DNA of 36,223 nucleotides, from positions 45,555 through 81,777 of the forward strand of contig DBVW01000010.1 in assembly GCA_002308495.1 (NCBI GenBank). Reading direction: 5' to 3'. Below, piece after piece: positions 8,790-16,419 of this stretch. The notes under the pieces were generated by a model. It did no database searches. It was given only the letters and a program-made list of their open reading frames with translations, and was not told where the DNA came from. Origin of the DNA: Alphaproteobacteria bacterium UBA1254 (GTDB lineage: Bacteria > Pseudomonadota > Alphaproteobacteria > RF32 > CAG-239). Positions within the stretch are counted from its first letter, which is position 1, and every line of letters begins with the position of its first letter. A program made the position numbers and the translations under genes.

Positions 8790-9257
8790 TTAAGCATTAA
8801 TCTGAGCACTTTGAAGTTGGTGGGCTTTTTTGAGCTGTCCCATTAAGTTGAGCGCAAAGCTCTTCTTTTTCAGAGCCCAATCCGAGCGGCGCATCAAATC
8901 GGCGAAAGTGTCCAACTCGCCCAAATCGGAAAGAACGGCATGTTTCCAAAAGGCGCAGATGTTCTTCTTGTCGGCACATTCCATAATTTTGAAAAATGTT
9001 TGAGCCTCAAAGACAATCTCGAATTCGCCTCTCAAAACCATATAAGCAAACTCCGAATTGGGCGGCAGAAAGTAAAAATGACGTTCGTCGACTTCATTCC
9101 GAACAAACATACCCAAAACCTCCTTAGGCCGAGAGTTCGTATCAAAAGTACGAAAATGAGGAACTGCACTGCTGCATAAGTAAATCCTCGAGTTCGTTTT
9201 GATCTTCAGCTTGACCGGCTCATAAGAACTGACCGGCCATCCTAAACCTTTGCACAT
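8790..9257 (-). CDS. Hypothetical protein, orphan paralog family member 1 of 3
   Basis: FEIVFEAQTFFKIMECADKKNICAFWKHAVL matches the two upstream ORFs. Confidence 0.75.
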   Translation of the reverse strand: MCKGLGWPVSSYEPVKLKIKTNSRIYLCSSAVPHFRTFDTNSRPKEVLGMFVRNEVDERHFYFLPPNSEFAYMVLRGEFEIVFEAQTFFKIMECADKKNICAFWKHAVLSDLGELDTFADLMRRSDWALKKKSFALNLMGQLKKAHQLQSAQINA

Positions 9258-9261
9258 AGGG

Positions 9262-9771
9262 CTAACGTTTTTTTAAGCCTTGTTTCTTTACAATCTGTTG
9301 CATCCAAGCATAAGCTCTGTTGCGGTCTTTGCCGGAAAGATTAGAGCTATCAACCAAAGCCAAGAACTTATTAGCCTCAGCAATGCTCGGCAACACGGCG
9401 TTTTTGAAGAAGTTGAGCTTGTTTCGCCTGCTGGCGTTTTCCATAACATAGAAAAACTTCTCGGCATCGAAAACGAGCTTGATACGCTGCATATCGGCGT
9501 CATAAGCATACGCGACCTCATCTTCCGGTCCTGCAATAAAGAGAGCGTACTCATCGTTCAGATCGCGGGCAGAGAGGACATGGCATTCGGTCTCATGCAT
9601 ATCGTCGGGACCATACGTTACGGTTTCCTGCCAAAGATTGAGAGGGTTGAAACCGGTTAATGCCTCGGTGAAGCTGACTTTGAGCAAAACGGGCGCGTAT
9701 GGGCGCGCTGTCAAAGTACCTTGAAAGCCCAAATCGGCTCTCTTCCAAGAATGTTCATCAAAATTAACCAT
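9262..9771 (-). CDS. Hypothetical protein, orphan paralog family member 2 of 3
   Basis: The true start is probably MVNFDEH at 9771, because a promoter and terminator lie at 9830-9900. Contains IKLVFDAEKFFYVMENASRRNKLNFFKNAVLPSIAEANKFLALVDSSNLS. Confidence 0.78.
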   Translation of the reverse strand: MVNFDEHSWKRADLGFQGTLTARPYAPVLLKVSFTEALTGFNPLNLWQETVTYGPDDMHETECHVLSARDLNDEYALFIAGPEDEVAYAYDADMQRIKLVFDAEKFFYVMENASRRNKLNFFKNAVLPSIAEANKFLALVDSSNLSGKDRNRAYAWMQQIVKKQGLKKR

Positions 9772-9870
9772 ATACAAAAAATTTAAGGTTCTTATAAATA
9801 ATAAAAAAAATATTCCAGATATATAACTTTGCTGACTAAATTTTAGACAAATTTCAAAAAAAGTCAAGAT

Positions 9871-9897
9871 AAAAAAAAAGCACGTCCGAAGACGTGC
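9871..9897 (-). terminator. Terminator between paralogs 3 and 2, abutting the -35 (TTGACT) of the next gene
   Basis: A9-GCACGTC-CGAA-GACGTGC (UUCG tetraloop on the - strand). Confidence 0.8.
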
Positions 9898-9919
9898 CTG
9901 CTGAAAGGTTAGTAGTTGG

Positions 9920-10348
9920 TTAGTTGAGCCTCTTGACCATTTTCTGCATCCAGGTATATGCCCGATCGCAGTCTTTCTTGGAAAGGTTGGAAGCGTCAAC
10001 GAGAGCCAAAAACTTGTTGGCCTCGACAAGACTCGGAAGCTCGGCGTGCCTGAAAAAGACGAGGCGATCCTTGTTGGAGAAGTTCTCCATGATGTAAAGG
10101 AAGGGCTCGGCTTCAAACTGGATCTTGAAAGCGCCGATAGGACCATAGAGAAGACGGGGAATGTCGTTTTCATCGATGATGAAGAGGGAACGATAATCTC
10201 CGTTGTTGGAAACGGTGAAAATGTGTTCTTCAAAACGTTCTCCCGTTGGTTGAATGGTCAATGTGTCTTTGCGATCGAAGCGGTTTAAGGCGACGCAAAA
10301 CGTCCGCACCTGCATCTTGAGGCGCACAGTTTTTAAATCTTGTGTCAT
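9920..10348 (-). CDS. Hypothetical protein, orphan paralog family member 3 of 3
   Basis: Likely start MTQDLK at 10348. Contains FKIQFEAEPFLYIMENFSNKDRLVFFRHAELPSLVEANKFLALVDASNLS. Confidence 0.78.
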   Translation of the reverse strand: MTQDLKTVRLKMQVRTFCVALNRFDRKDTLTIQPTGERFEEHIFTVSNNGDYRSLFIIDENDIPRLLYGPIGAFKIQFEAEPFLYIMENFSNKDRLVFFRHAELPSLVEANKFLALVDASNLSKKDCDRAYTWMQKMVKRLN

Positions 10349-10424
10349 ATATATAAAAAGGTTAGGAAATAATCGAAAGAAAAATAAACAACTGAATAAA
10401 ATATAGACAAATTTTCCGAAAAAG

Positions 10425-10518
10425 TCAAGCCTAAATTTCAATAAAAAAGCCCCCTTTTTTTAAGGGAGGCTTAAAGTTAAATCAGCGCAGATTATTTATA
10501 TCTCAAGCGGACTTTGTT
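10425..10518. repeat. ~94-bp direct repeat, copy 1 (last 8 codons and stop, terminator, and part of the next -35)
   Basis: TCAAGCCTAAATTTCAATAAAAAAGCCCCC...GCAGATTATTTATATCTCAAGCGGACTTTGTT. Matches 12488..12582 except for homopolymer lengths in the terminator. Confidence 0.95.
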
Positions 10519-12411
10519 TCCGGTCTTTTTAGAAACTCTTTCAGCCTCTTGAACGGTATAAATTTTGCGCGAGATAATCGGGTTGCCGTTTTTATCATAA
10601 CGCGTCGTAACCCCGTTTGCATCGGTGATTGAAAGAAGTCGACCGCTTTTATCGTATGTCTTTGTATAAAGGGTCGTCCAGCCCCACTTACCGTTCGCAT
10701 CTTTTTGGTAAATAGACTCTGTTTCTTCAATTAAATCGCCGTCTTCGTCATAAACGGATGAAAGCTTTGTTTGACCGATATAGTTGCCGTTTTCATCACG
10801 CAAATCCGTATAATCATCCGCAACTCTGCCGATAACGTTGCCTTCGTCATCATAAGCGTAAAAATCAGCGGTCCAACCTAAATAATTGCCTTCGTCGTCA
10901 TATTTGTCGTGGTCGCGTTCAAGCAAATTGCCATCACCATCATATTGCTCCCACGTCCAAACCTCGTTGCCGAATTCGTCATAATCATAACGGTCGATTT
11001 CTTTGTTGGTAACATTGTTGTTGGCATCATATTCGGTATATGTTGTCTGATAGTGGTCGTCATCTTCTTCATACACATTGTCATAAGCGTATGTTTGGTT
11101 GCCGTCCAAATCTTTTTCAACATAAGAGTTACCGAGCCAATTGCCGTTTTCATCATAATTGACTCGATATTCAGCCGTTCCGATTTTATTGCCGTCGGCA
11201 TCAAAATTTTCTTGGTCATAGGCAATTTGCCGCCCGTTTTCGTCATAAGTGTAATCACGAGAATATGATTGGTTAAATGTACCGTCATTATTATAGCTTA
11301 AAGATTCTTCATGTGTTCTTTTTCCTGCTTCATTTTGTTCGTAAGAATATGCTGATTTAACACTTCCATCCGCGAAATATGACTCACTTCCGTAACTTTT
11401 TGTTTTCCCATCTTCATAGTACTCATAAGCATACGAATTTGTTTTGTTACCATTGGAGTCAAAATAATCTCGAGAGTACGATTTTTTTGTGGTTCCATCT
11501 TCATAATATTCATAGGCATAAGAATTTGTGGTTTTACCATCTGTTTGGCTTTCATAACTGTAACTCTTTCTCGTTATTCCATCTTCATAGTACTCATAGT
11601 TACTTTGACTACTACTTTTCATACTACCATCTTCGTTATAGTTTTGACTTTGTGAATGTATAGTCTGCCCACTTTCATTATATTGTGTATTTGATAATGA
11701 TTTAGGCGTCCCATCTGCATAATAAGATTTACTTTCGTAATTTTTGGTACGACCATCTTCATAATACTCAGAAGTGTGTGAGCTATAAGTAATACCATTA
11801 GAATTCTGTGTTTGCGTTTCAGATAAAATTAATACACCATTACTATAAGTTTTGGATATGTTTTTTGTCTCAATAATATTTCCATAAGCATCAATCTGTT
11901 GATAATGTTCTTCGTTTGTATACCCATTTTCATTGGTTTGTGAATTAGACGTTTTGTTTACATAAGAAACTATATCACCTGAAAGATTTTTATAAGTATA
12001 TTGTGTCCCCACAACGTTATCGTTTTCATCATATAAATTCTGAGATGAAGAATAAGACCAATTATTCGTAGTGTTATTATTTACAGATGTTGAAACAAAC
12101 GAAAGAGGAACTGTTTCCAACGTATAAGAATGAGAACCATCATTACTTGTAATCAATACTGTTCCATCATCTTGAGTAGAAGCAGAATAATCAGATCGCG
12201 GCAACACTACATGATAAAAAACACTAGAAACCTTTGTAGAATGGGAAGAATCTGTATAACAATTGTACTGAATCATTAAATTATCTGTTGCCTGCCCATT
12301 TCCTCCTGACCACATTCCTTTATTTTCATATATACATTCATCAGCCAAAACATTCGTTGATAGCATCGTTCCTACTAGCAGCGCCGTAGTAAAAACCTTA
12401 TTTATTCTCAT
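10492..12411 (-). CDS. Secreted Tyr/Asp-rich repeat protein (YD/MORN-like beta-hairpin repeats) with a conserved basic C-terminal tail
   Basis: Signal peptide (...TNVLA|DE); repeats YEYYEDG, YDENG, YDDEGN; ends RKIYTVQEAERVSKKTGNKVRLRYK. Confidence 0.8.
   Translation of the reverse strand: MRINKVFTTALLVGTMLSTNVLADECIYENKGMWSGGNGQATDNLMIQYNCYTDSSHSTKVSSVFYHVVLPRSDYSASTQDDGTVLITSNDGSHSYTLETVPLSFVSTSVNNNTTNNWSYSSSQNLYDENDNVVGTQYTYKNLSGDIVSYVNKTSNSQTNENGYTNEEHYQQIDAYGNIIETKNISKTYSNGVLILSETQTQNSNGITYSSHTSEYYEDGRTKNYESKSYYADGTPKSLSNTQYNESGQTIHSQSQNYNEDGSMKSSSQSNYEYYEDGITRKSYSYESQTDGKTTNSYAYEYYEDGTTKKSYSRDYFDSNGNKTNSYAYEYYEDGKTKSYGSESYFADGSVKSAYSYEQNEAGKRTHEESLSYNNDGTFNQSYSRDYTYDENGRQIAYDQENFDADGNKIGTAEYRVNYDENGNWLGNSYVEKDLDGNQTYAYDNVYEEDDDHYQTTYTEYDANNNVTNKEIDRYDYDEFGNEVWTWEQYDGDGNLLERDHDKYDDEGNYLGWTADFYAYDDEGNVIGRVADDYTDLRDENGNYIGQTKLSSVYDEDGDLIEETESIYQKDANGKWGWTTLYTKTYDKSGRLLSITDANGVTTRYDKNGNPIISRKIYTVQEAERVSKKTGNKVRLRYK
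11408..11770. repeat. Intragenic imperfect tandem repeats (84-87 bp period) encoding YEYYEDG units
   Basis: CCATCTTCATA(G/A)TA(C/T)TC at 11408, 11495, 11579 and 11753. Confidence 0.8.
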
Positions 12412-12487
12412 CTTCTTTCTCCCTCTGATAAGGGCGTTCTACGCCTTGTAAAATATAGCTTTAGAGTATCACGCTTTTATCAAAAAA

Positions 12488-12582
12488 TCAAGCCTAAATT
12501 TCAATAAAAAAGCCCCCCTTTTTTTTAGGGAGGCTTAAAGTTAAATCAGCGCAGATTATTTATATCTCAAGCGGACTTTGTT
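12488..12582. repeat. ~95-bp direct repeat, copy 2
   Basis: Near-identical to 10425..10518. Confidence 0.95.
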
Positions 12583-12918
12583 GACTGTCCCGTCTTTGAC
12601 AACTTCCATAGCTTCTTCAACGGTATAGATTAATCGCCCGCGTGTTTTACCGGAGCCGTTGCTTGAGTTGTTATTAGCCATATTAAACTTATTCATATCA
12701 ACCGTCAAGGGCGGCACAAACCCAAATTTATCCAACAAAAGCGCATCCATTGAGTCGTATGTGGCGACGGTTTCACCTGCCATATTTTTGACAGTAACGC
12801 CACCATTTTCACCATATTCAAAGCTAAAATCTTCATTATAACACCGAGACAATGCCGCGGTGGCAAAAAAGCAAACACAAATAAAACTCAAAATGCTAAA
12901 TAAATATTTCTTTTTCAT
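12556..12918 (-). CDS. Small secreted protein with the same C-terminal tail as 10492..12411
   Basis: SD AAGGAG; signal peptide; Asn/Ser/Gly linker; ends RLIYTVEEAMEVVKDGTVNKVRLRYK. Confidence 0.8.
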   Translation of the reverse strand: MKKKYLFSILSFICVCFFATAALSRCYNEDFSFEYGENGGVTVKNMAGETVATYDSMDALLLDKFGFVPPLTVDMNKFNMANNNSSNGSGKTRGRLIYTVEEAMEVVKDGTVNKVRLRYK

Positions 12919-12930
12919 GGTTTTTCTCCT

Positions 12931-13836
12931 TTATTTTGCCAAATCTTCATAACAAGCCCTGTTGCTTATGCCAACCAAATTGCCCGATTCGTCGTAAATA
13001 AAACTGCCGGTACCGGATTCAAAAAACAGAGCTCCGTTTTCCACACGGTCTAACTTTCCATCGCGATAGAAAATTCTTGAATTGTTATTTTCATTATATA
13101 CAAATTGTTCATCAGGAACACCTGATGCAATAGATTCCGGAGAGTGATACCCTGTTACATAATACGAATTTGTTGCAGCTTCATAAACAGCAGTCATTTT
13201 TTCATCAGGAGAATCATTAATAATTGATTCCGGAGAGTCGTAATAAGCTTGCATAATTAAATGCCCTTGCTGGTCATAATCCCACGCGGTTTTATATAAT
13301 GCTTGATCAGTGGTAACATCATAAGAACTTTGAGATGTCTTCGCGCCGGCATCATTAAAGTTGAAAACCATTTTTTCACTGGGCGTTTGATTGGCAACAC
13401 TATCATATCCCCAATAAGCCAAACGAGTCATTTCATTGCCGTTATAGGAGCATGTTTCTTTACTTTCAACTTCTCCATTTTGGTAATAAACGCCTGAAGT
13501 TTGTTGCCCGGCCGCGTTAAAGCTGACAACGTATGAAGAACTATAACCTGTATCAGCACTTCGGATAGTTTCACCATTTTCGACCGTTTCCGTAAAAGTT
13601 CCGCTTGGTGAAGAATCGTAGCGATTCCAATAAAAATTTCGGCTTTGAATTTCACCGGTTGAGCTATAAACCGTCTCATAAACATTATCCCAGCTATTGT
13701 AAACATATTCCGAATATGAACCGTCAGAATTTTCTTTTCTGGTTATTTTGCCTTCGGCATCGTAAGTGTTGGCTGCAAATGCATAATTGCCCGAAAAAAC
13801 AAGCACAATTGCCGCAAATAAAAATTTTTTACTCAT
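12931..13836 (-). CDS. Secreted YD-like repeat protein
   Basis: SD AGGAG before MSKKFLF at 13836; signal peptide (...YAFA|AN); YDAEG/FNAAG/YDQQG/YDESG turns; three Y.SPES...PDEK repeats. Confidence 0.78.
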   Translation of the reverse strand: MSKKFLFAAIVLVFSGNYAFAANTYDAEGKITRKENSDGSYSEYVYNSWDNVYETVYSSTGEIQSRNFYWNRYDSSPSGTFTETVENGETIRSADTGYSSSYVVSFNAAGQQTSGVYYQNGEVESKETCSYNGNEMTRLAYWGYDSVANQTPSEKMVFNFNDAGAKTSQSSYDVTTDQALYKTAWDYDQQGHLIMQAYYDSPESIINDSPDEKMTAVYEAATNSYYVTGYHSPESIASGVPDEQFVYNENNNSRIFYRDGKLDRVENGALFFESGTGSFIYDESGNLVGISNRACYEDLAK

Positions 13837-13929
13837 TTCTTTTCTCCTACACAATAAGTTCAAAGAACCTCAAAATGAGCGATTCTTCTTAAGAAAAAGG
13901 TACCATAAAATAACCAAAAAGTCAAGAAA

Positions 13930-13958
13930 AACCGCTTATAACTAAAGTCATAAGCGGT
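13930..13958 (-). terminator. Terminator of the gltX-kdsB operon
   Basis: ACCGCTTAT-AACTAAAGTC-ATAAGCGGT with an A-run on the + strand. Confidence 0.7.
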
Positions 13959-13976
13959 CCTTTATGTGCGTTGTTT

Positions 13977-14756
13977 TTACTTAATAAACGGCAGAGAATT
14001 TTTCAAATCTTCTTCGGTGTTGATATCTGCCGGCGCTTCATCAATCAGCTTGATTTTATCAATAATTTTAGCGCGTATGGTCATCCCGTTTTCAAGCGCG
14101 CGAAGCTGTTCGAGCTTCTCTCGGTTTTCCAAAACGCCGGTCGGAAGCGAAACCATTTTTTGCAAAGAGGCTGCCTTAAAAACATAAATGCCGATATGAT
14201 AATATAAATCTTGGTTCGGACACTTTTCGGGGTTTCGTGTATAAGGCGCCGTTGCGCGCGTAAAATATAAACATCTGCCTTCCGTTTCGCCCTCTCTCAA
14301 GCCCATAACGATTTTAACGACATTCGGGTTCGTCTTATCTTCCTCAGACTTAATCACCATACCGCAGGTCGCAATATCGCAGTCTGTTTTCTGAACCATA
14401 TCAATTAAAGGCAAGCAAACGCTCGGATCAACATTTAAGTTATCGCCCTGAAAATCAACGACCACATCATATTTTTCGCCTTTAGGGTCTAAAACCTTAA
14501 GTGCGGCGGCGATTCGGTCCGTTCCGCTCGGCAAATTCGGGTCGGTCAAAATAGCCGTTGCCCCGAACTTCTCACATTCATCTACAATTCTTTGATCACC
14601 GGCAGCAATGGCAATATCTGTCTTGCCCTTCATCACTTTTTCAACATTTTCATAAACTCTTCTGACGAGCGTCTTGCCGTTAATGTCCAAAAGCGGTTTG
14701 TTGGGCAGTCTTGTCGCGGCCAAACGAACCGGCATCATTGTAATAACTCTTGTCAT
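13977..14756 (-). CDS. kdsB: 3-deoxy-manno-octulosonate cytidylyltransferase (CMP-KDO synthetase)
   Basis: PVRLAATRLPNKPLLDING, SGTDRI, QGD, NPNVVK, LYFTRA, HIGIY, LENREKLEQLRALENG. Confidence 0.93.
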   Translation of the reverse strand: MTRVITMMPVRLAATRLPNKPLLDINGKTLVRRVYENVEKVMKGKTDIAIAAGDQRIVDECEKFGATAILTDPNLPSGTDRIAAALKVLDPKGEKYDVVVDFQGDNLNVDPSVCLPLIDMVQKTDCDIATCGMVIKSEEDKTNPNVVKIVMGLREGETEGRCLYFTRATAPYTRNPEKCPNQDLYYHIGIYVFKAASLQKMVSLPTGVLENREKLEQLRALENGMTIRAKIIDKIKLIDEAPADINTEEDLKNSLPFIK

Positions 14757-14767
14757 CAAATTTCTCC

Positions 14768-16201
14768 TTATAAAAGTTTTAATGCTTGCTCAATACGGTT
14801 CAAAGTTTCGTCTTTGCCTAAAATAACGGCAAGCTCCGTTGCTCCGCCCGGCGTTGTTTCTTTGCCCGAAAGCGCGATTCGAACAGGGTAAAGAATCTGT
14901 CCGTTTTTCAAGCCCTCGCGCTCAGCTAAAGCCTTAAGTTCTGAAAAGAGGTTTTCATTCGTCCATGTTTCAACGTTTTTCAAAACTTCTAACGCAAGAG
15001 ATAAAGAATGTTTAGCAACGGCTTCATCTGTCTTCATTTTTTTGTTTTGATAAAGGGCTGTGCTGTATTGAGGCAATTTTTCAATAAAATCAATATTTTC
15101 CTCAATTTGAGCAAGTGTTTCGACACGCGGCTGCAAAACTTCGCTTAAAAATTCAAGATTAACCTTGCGTGTTAAACATTTTTGATAATACGGCAAGGCC
15201 AATTTGTGAAAATCCGGCTTTGAGAGCGCACGGATATAATATCCGTTCATCCAGGTCAGTTTCGTAATGTCAAAAATAGCCGGAGATTTGTTTAAGCGAT
15301 CCGCCGTAAAGACCTTTTTGAGCTGACTTAAAGAAAAAATCTCTTGTTCGGTGCCGGGGTTCCAGCCCAAAAGCGCGATATAGTTCAAAATAGCCTCGGG
15401 CAAATAGCCTTTAGCGACCAAATCTTGAAACGAAGCGTCGCCGTTTCGCTTTGAAAGCTTATGTTGCGCATCTTTCATAACGGGCGGAACATGCACATAA
15501 ACGGGCGGTGTCCAGCCGAAAGCCTCATAAATGAGGTTATATTTCGGGGTCGAAGAAATATATTCATTGCCGCGCACCACGTGCGAAATCTGCATCAAAT
15601 GGTCATCAATCACATTGGCGAAATTATATGTCGGCAAACCGTCCGATTTTAAGAGAACGCCTTCATCAAGCTCGTCATAATCTATTTCGATTTTGCCGTA
15701 AACGACGTCTTCAAAAACAGACGTGCCTTTTTTGTTAATATTTTGCCGAACAACAAACGATTCACCGCCGGCAATACGCCTTTTAGCTTCTTCTAAAGAA
15801 ATATGCTTGCACGGGTCGTCAAATTTAACGGGAACGGGGTTTTCTTCGTCATCTTCCGCCTCATTTTCCTGATGTTTGCAAAAACAATAATGTGCGCCGC
15901 CGAGCTCGACCAATTTGTGGGCATATTCCCCATAAATACTTTTGCGCTCGGATTGAACATAAGGCCCGAATTTTCCGCCGACATCAGGTCCTTCGTCCCA
16001 GTCCATATGAACTTGTTTCAGTGTATCGTAAATAATGTCCGTTGCACCCTCGACATAGCGTTTTTGGTCGGTGTCTTCAATACGCAAAATAAAATCACCG
16101 CCTTGCGATTTGGCAATTAAATATTCATAAAGGGCGGTTCTTAAGTTGCCGATATGCATATAACCTGTGGGTGAGGGGGCGAATCTTGTTCTTGCTTTCA
16201 T
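14768..16201 (-). CDS. gltX: Glutamate--tRNA ligase
   Basis: RTRFAPSPTG, HIGN (HIGH motif), LRIEDTD, KLSKR (KMSKS motif), DDHLM.ISHVVRG. Confidence 0.96.
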   Translation of the reverse strand: MKARTRFAPSPTGYMHIGNLRTALYEYLIAKSQGGDFILRIEDTDQKRYVEGATDIIYDTLKQVHMDWDEGPDVGGKFGPYVQSERKSIYGEYAHKLVELGGAHYCFCKHQENEAEDDEENPVPVKFDDPCKHISLEEAKRRIAGGESFVVRQNINKKGTSVFEDVVYGKIEIDYDELDEGVLLKSDGLPTYNFANVIDDHLMQISHVVRGNEYISSTPKYNLIYEAFGWTPPVYVHVPPVMKDAQHKLSKRNGDASFQDLVAKGYLPEAILNYIALLGWNPGTEQEIFSLSQLKKVFTADRLNKSPAIFDITKLTWMNGYYIRALSKPDFHKLALPYYQKCLTRKVNLEFLSEVLQPRVETLAQIEENIDFIEKLPQYSTALYQNKKMKTDEAVAKHSLSLALEVLKNVETWTNENLFSELKALAEREGLKNGQILYPVRIALSGKETTPGGATELAVILGKDETLNRIEQALKLL

Positions 16202-16419
16202 TCGTTTATTGTCCTTCAAATAAGATTTCTTGCCTTTTGAAAATAGAACAATTCCATTTTAATGCAAGCTTTTTCTCAAAGACTGTCACAAAAATTATAA
16301 AAAACAGCAGATATTTTAGCATCTTTCTCTTGACTTTAAAAAAAAGAGTATTAAAAATAGGGACGCTAGCAATTATGGGGAGTCTTAAAACTCCTCTTTA
16401 AATCGATTTAAGGAACGTT

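Noticed and set aside
9772-10233. N-terminal extension of the 323-aa track ORF 9262..10233
   Set aside because: It overlaps the 9920..10348 paralog in another frame and runs through a terminator and promoter. The real start is probably 9771.
10492-13836. RHS/YD polymorphic toxin locus
   Set aside because: YD-like turns are present, but there is no RHS core end (PxxxxDPxG), no variable C-terminal toxin domain and no clear immunity gene. The C-terminus is the conserved part.
390-13926. Recurrent AAAGTCAAG motif next to hairpins (about 391, 9860, 10421, 13918), considered as integron-like cassette recombination sites
   Set aside because: Explained as the reverse complement of sigma70 -35 boxes (CTTGACTTT) lying just after intrinsic terminators. 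No attC-like R/L box structure is present.
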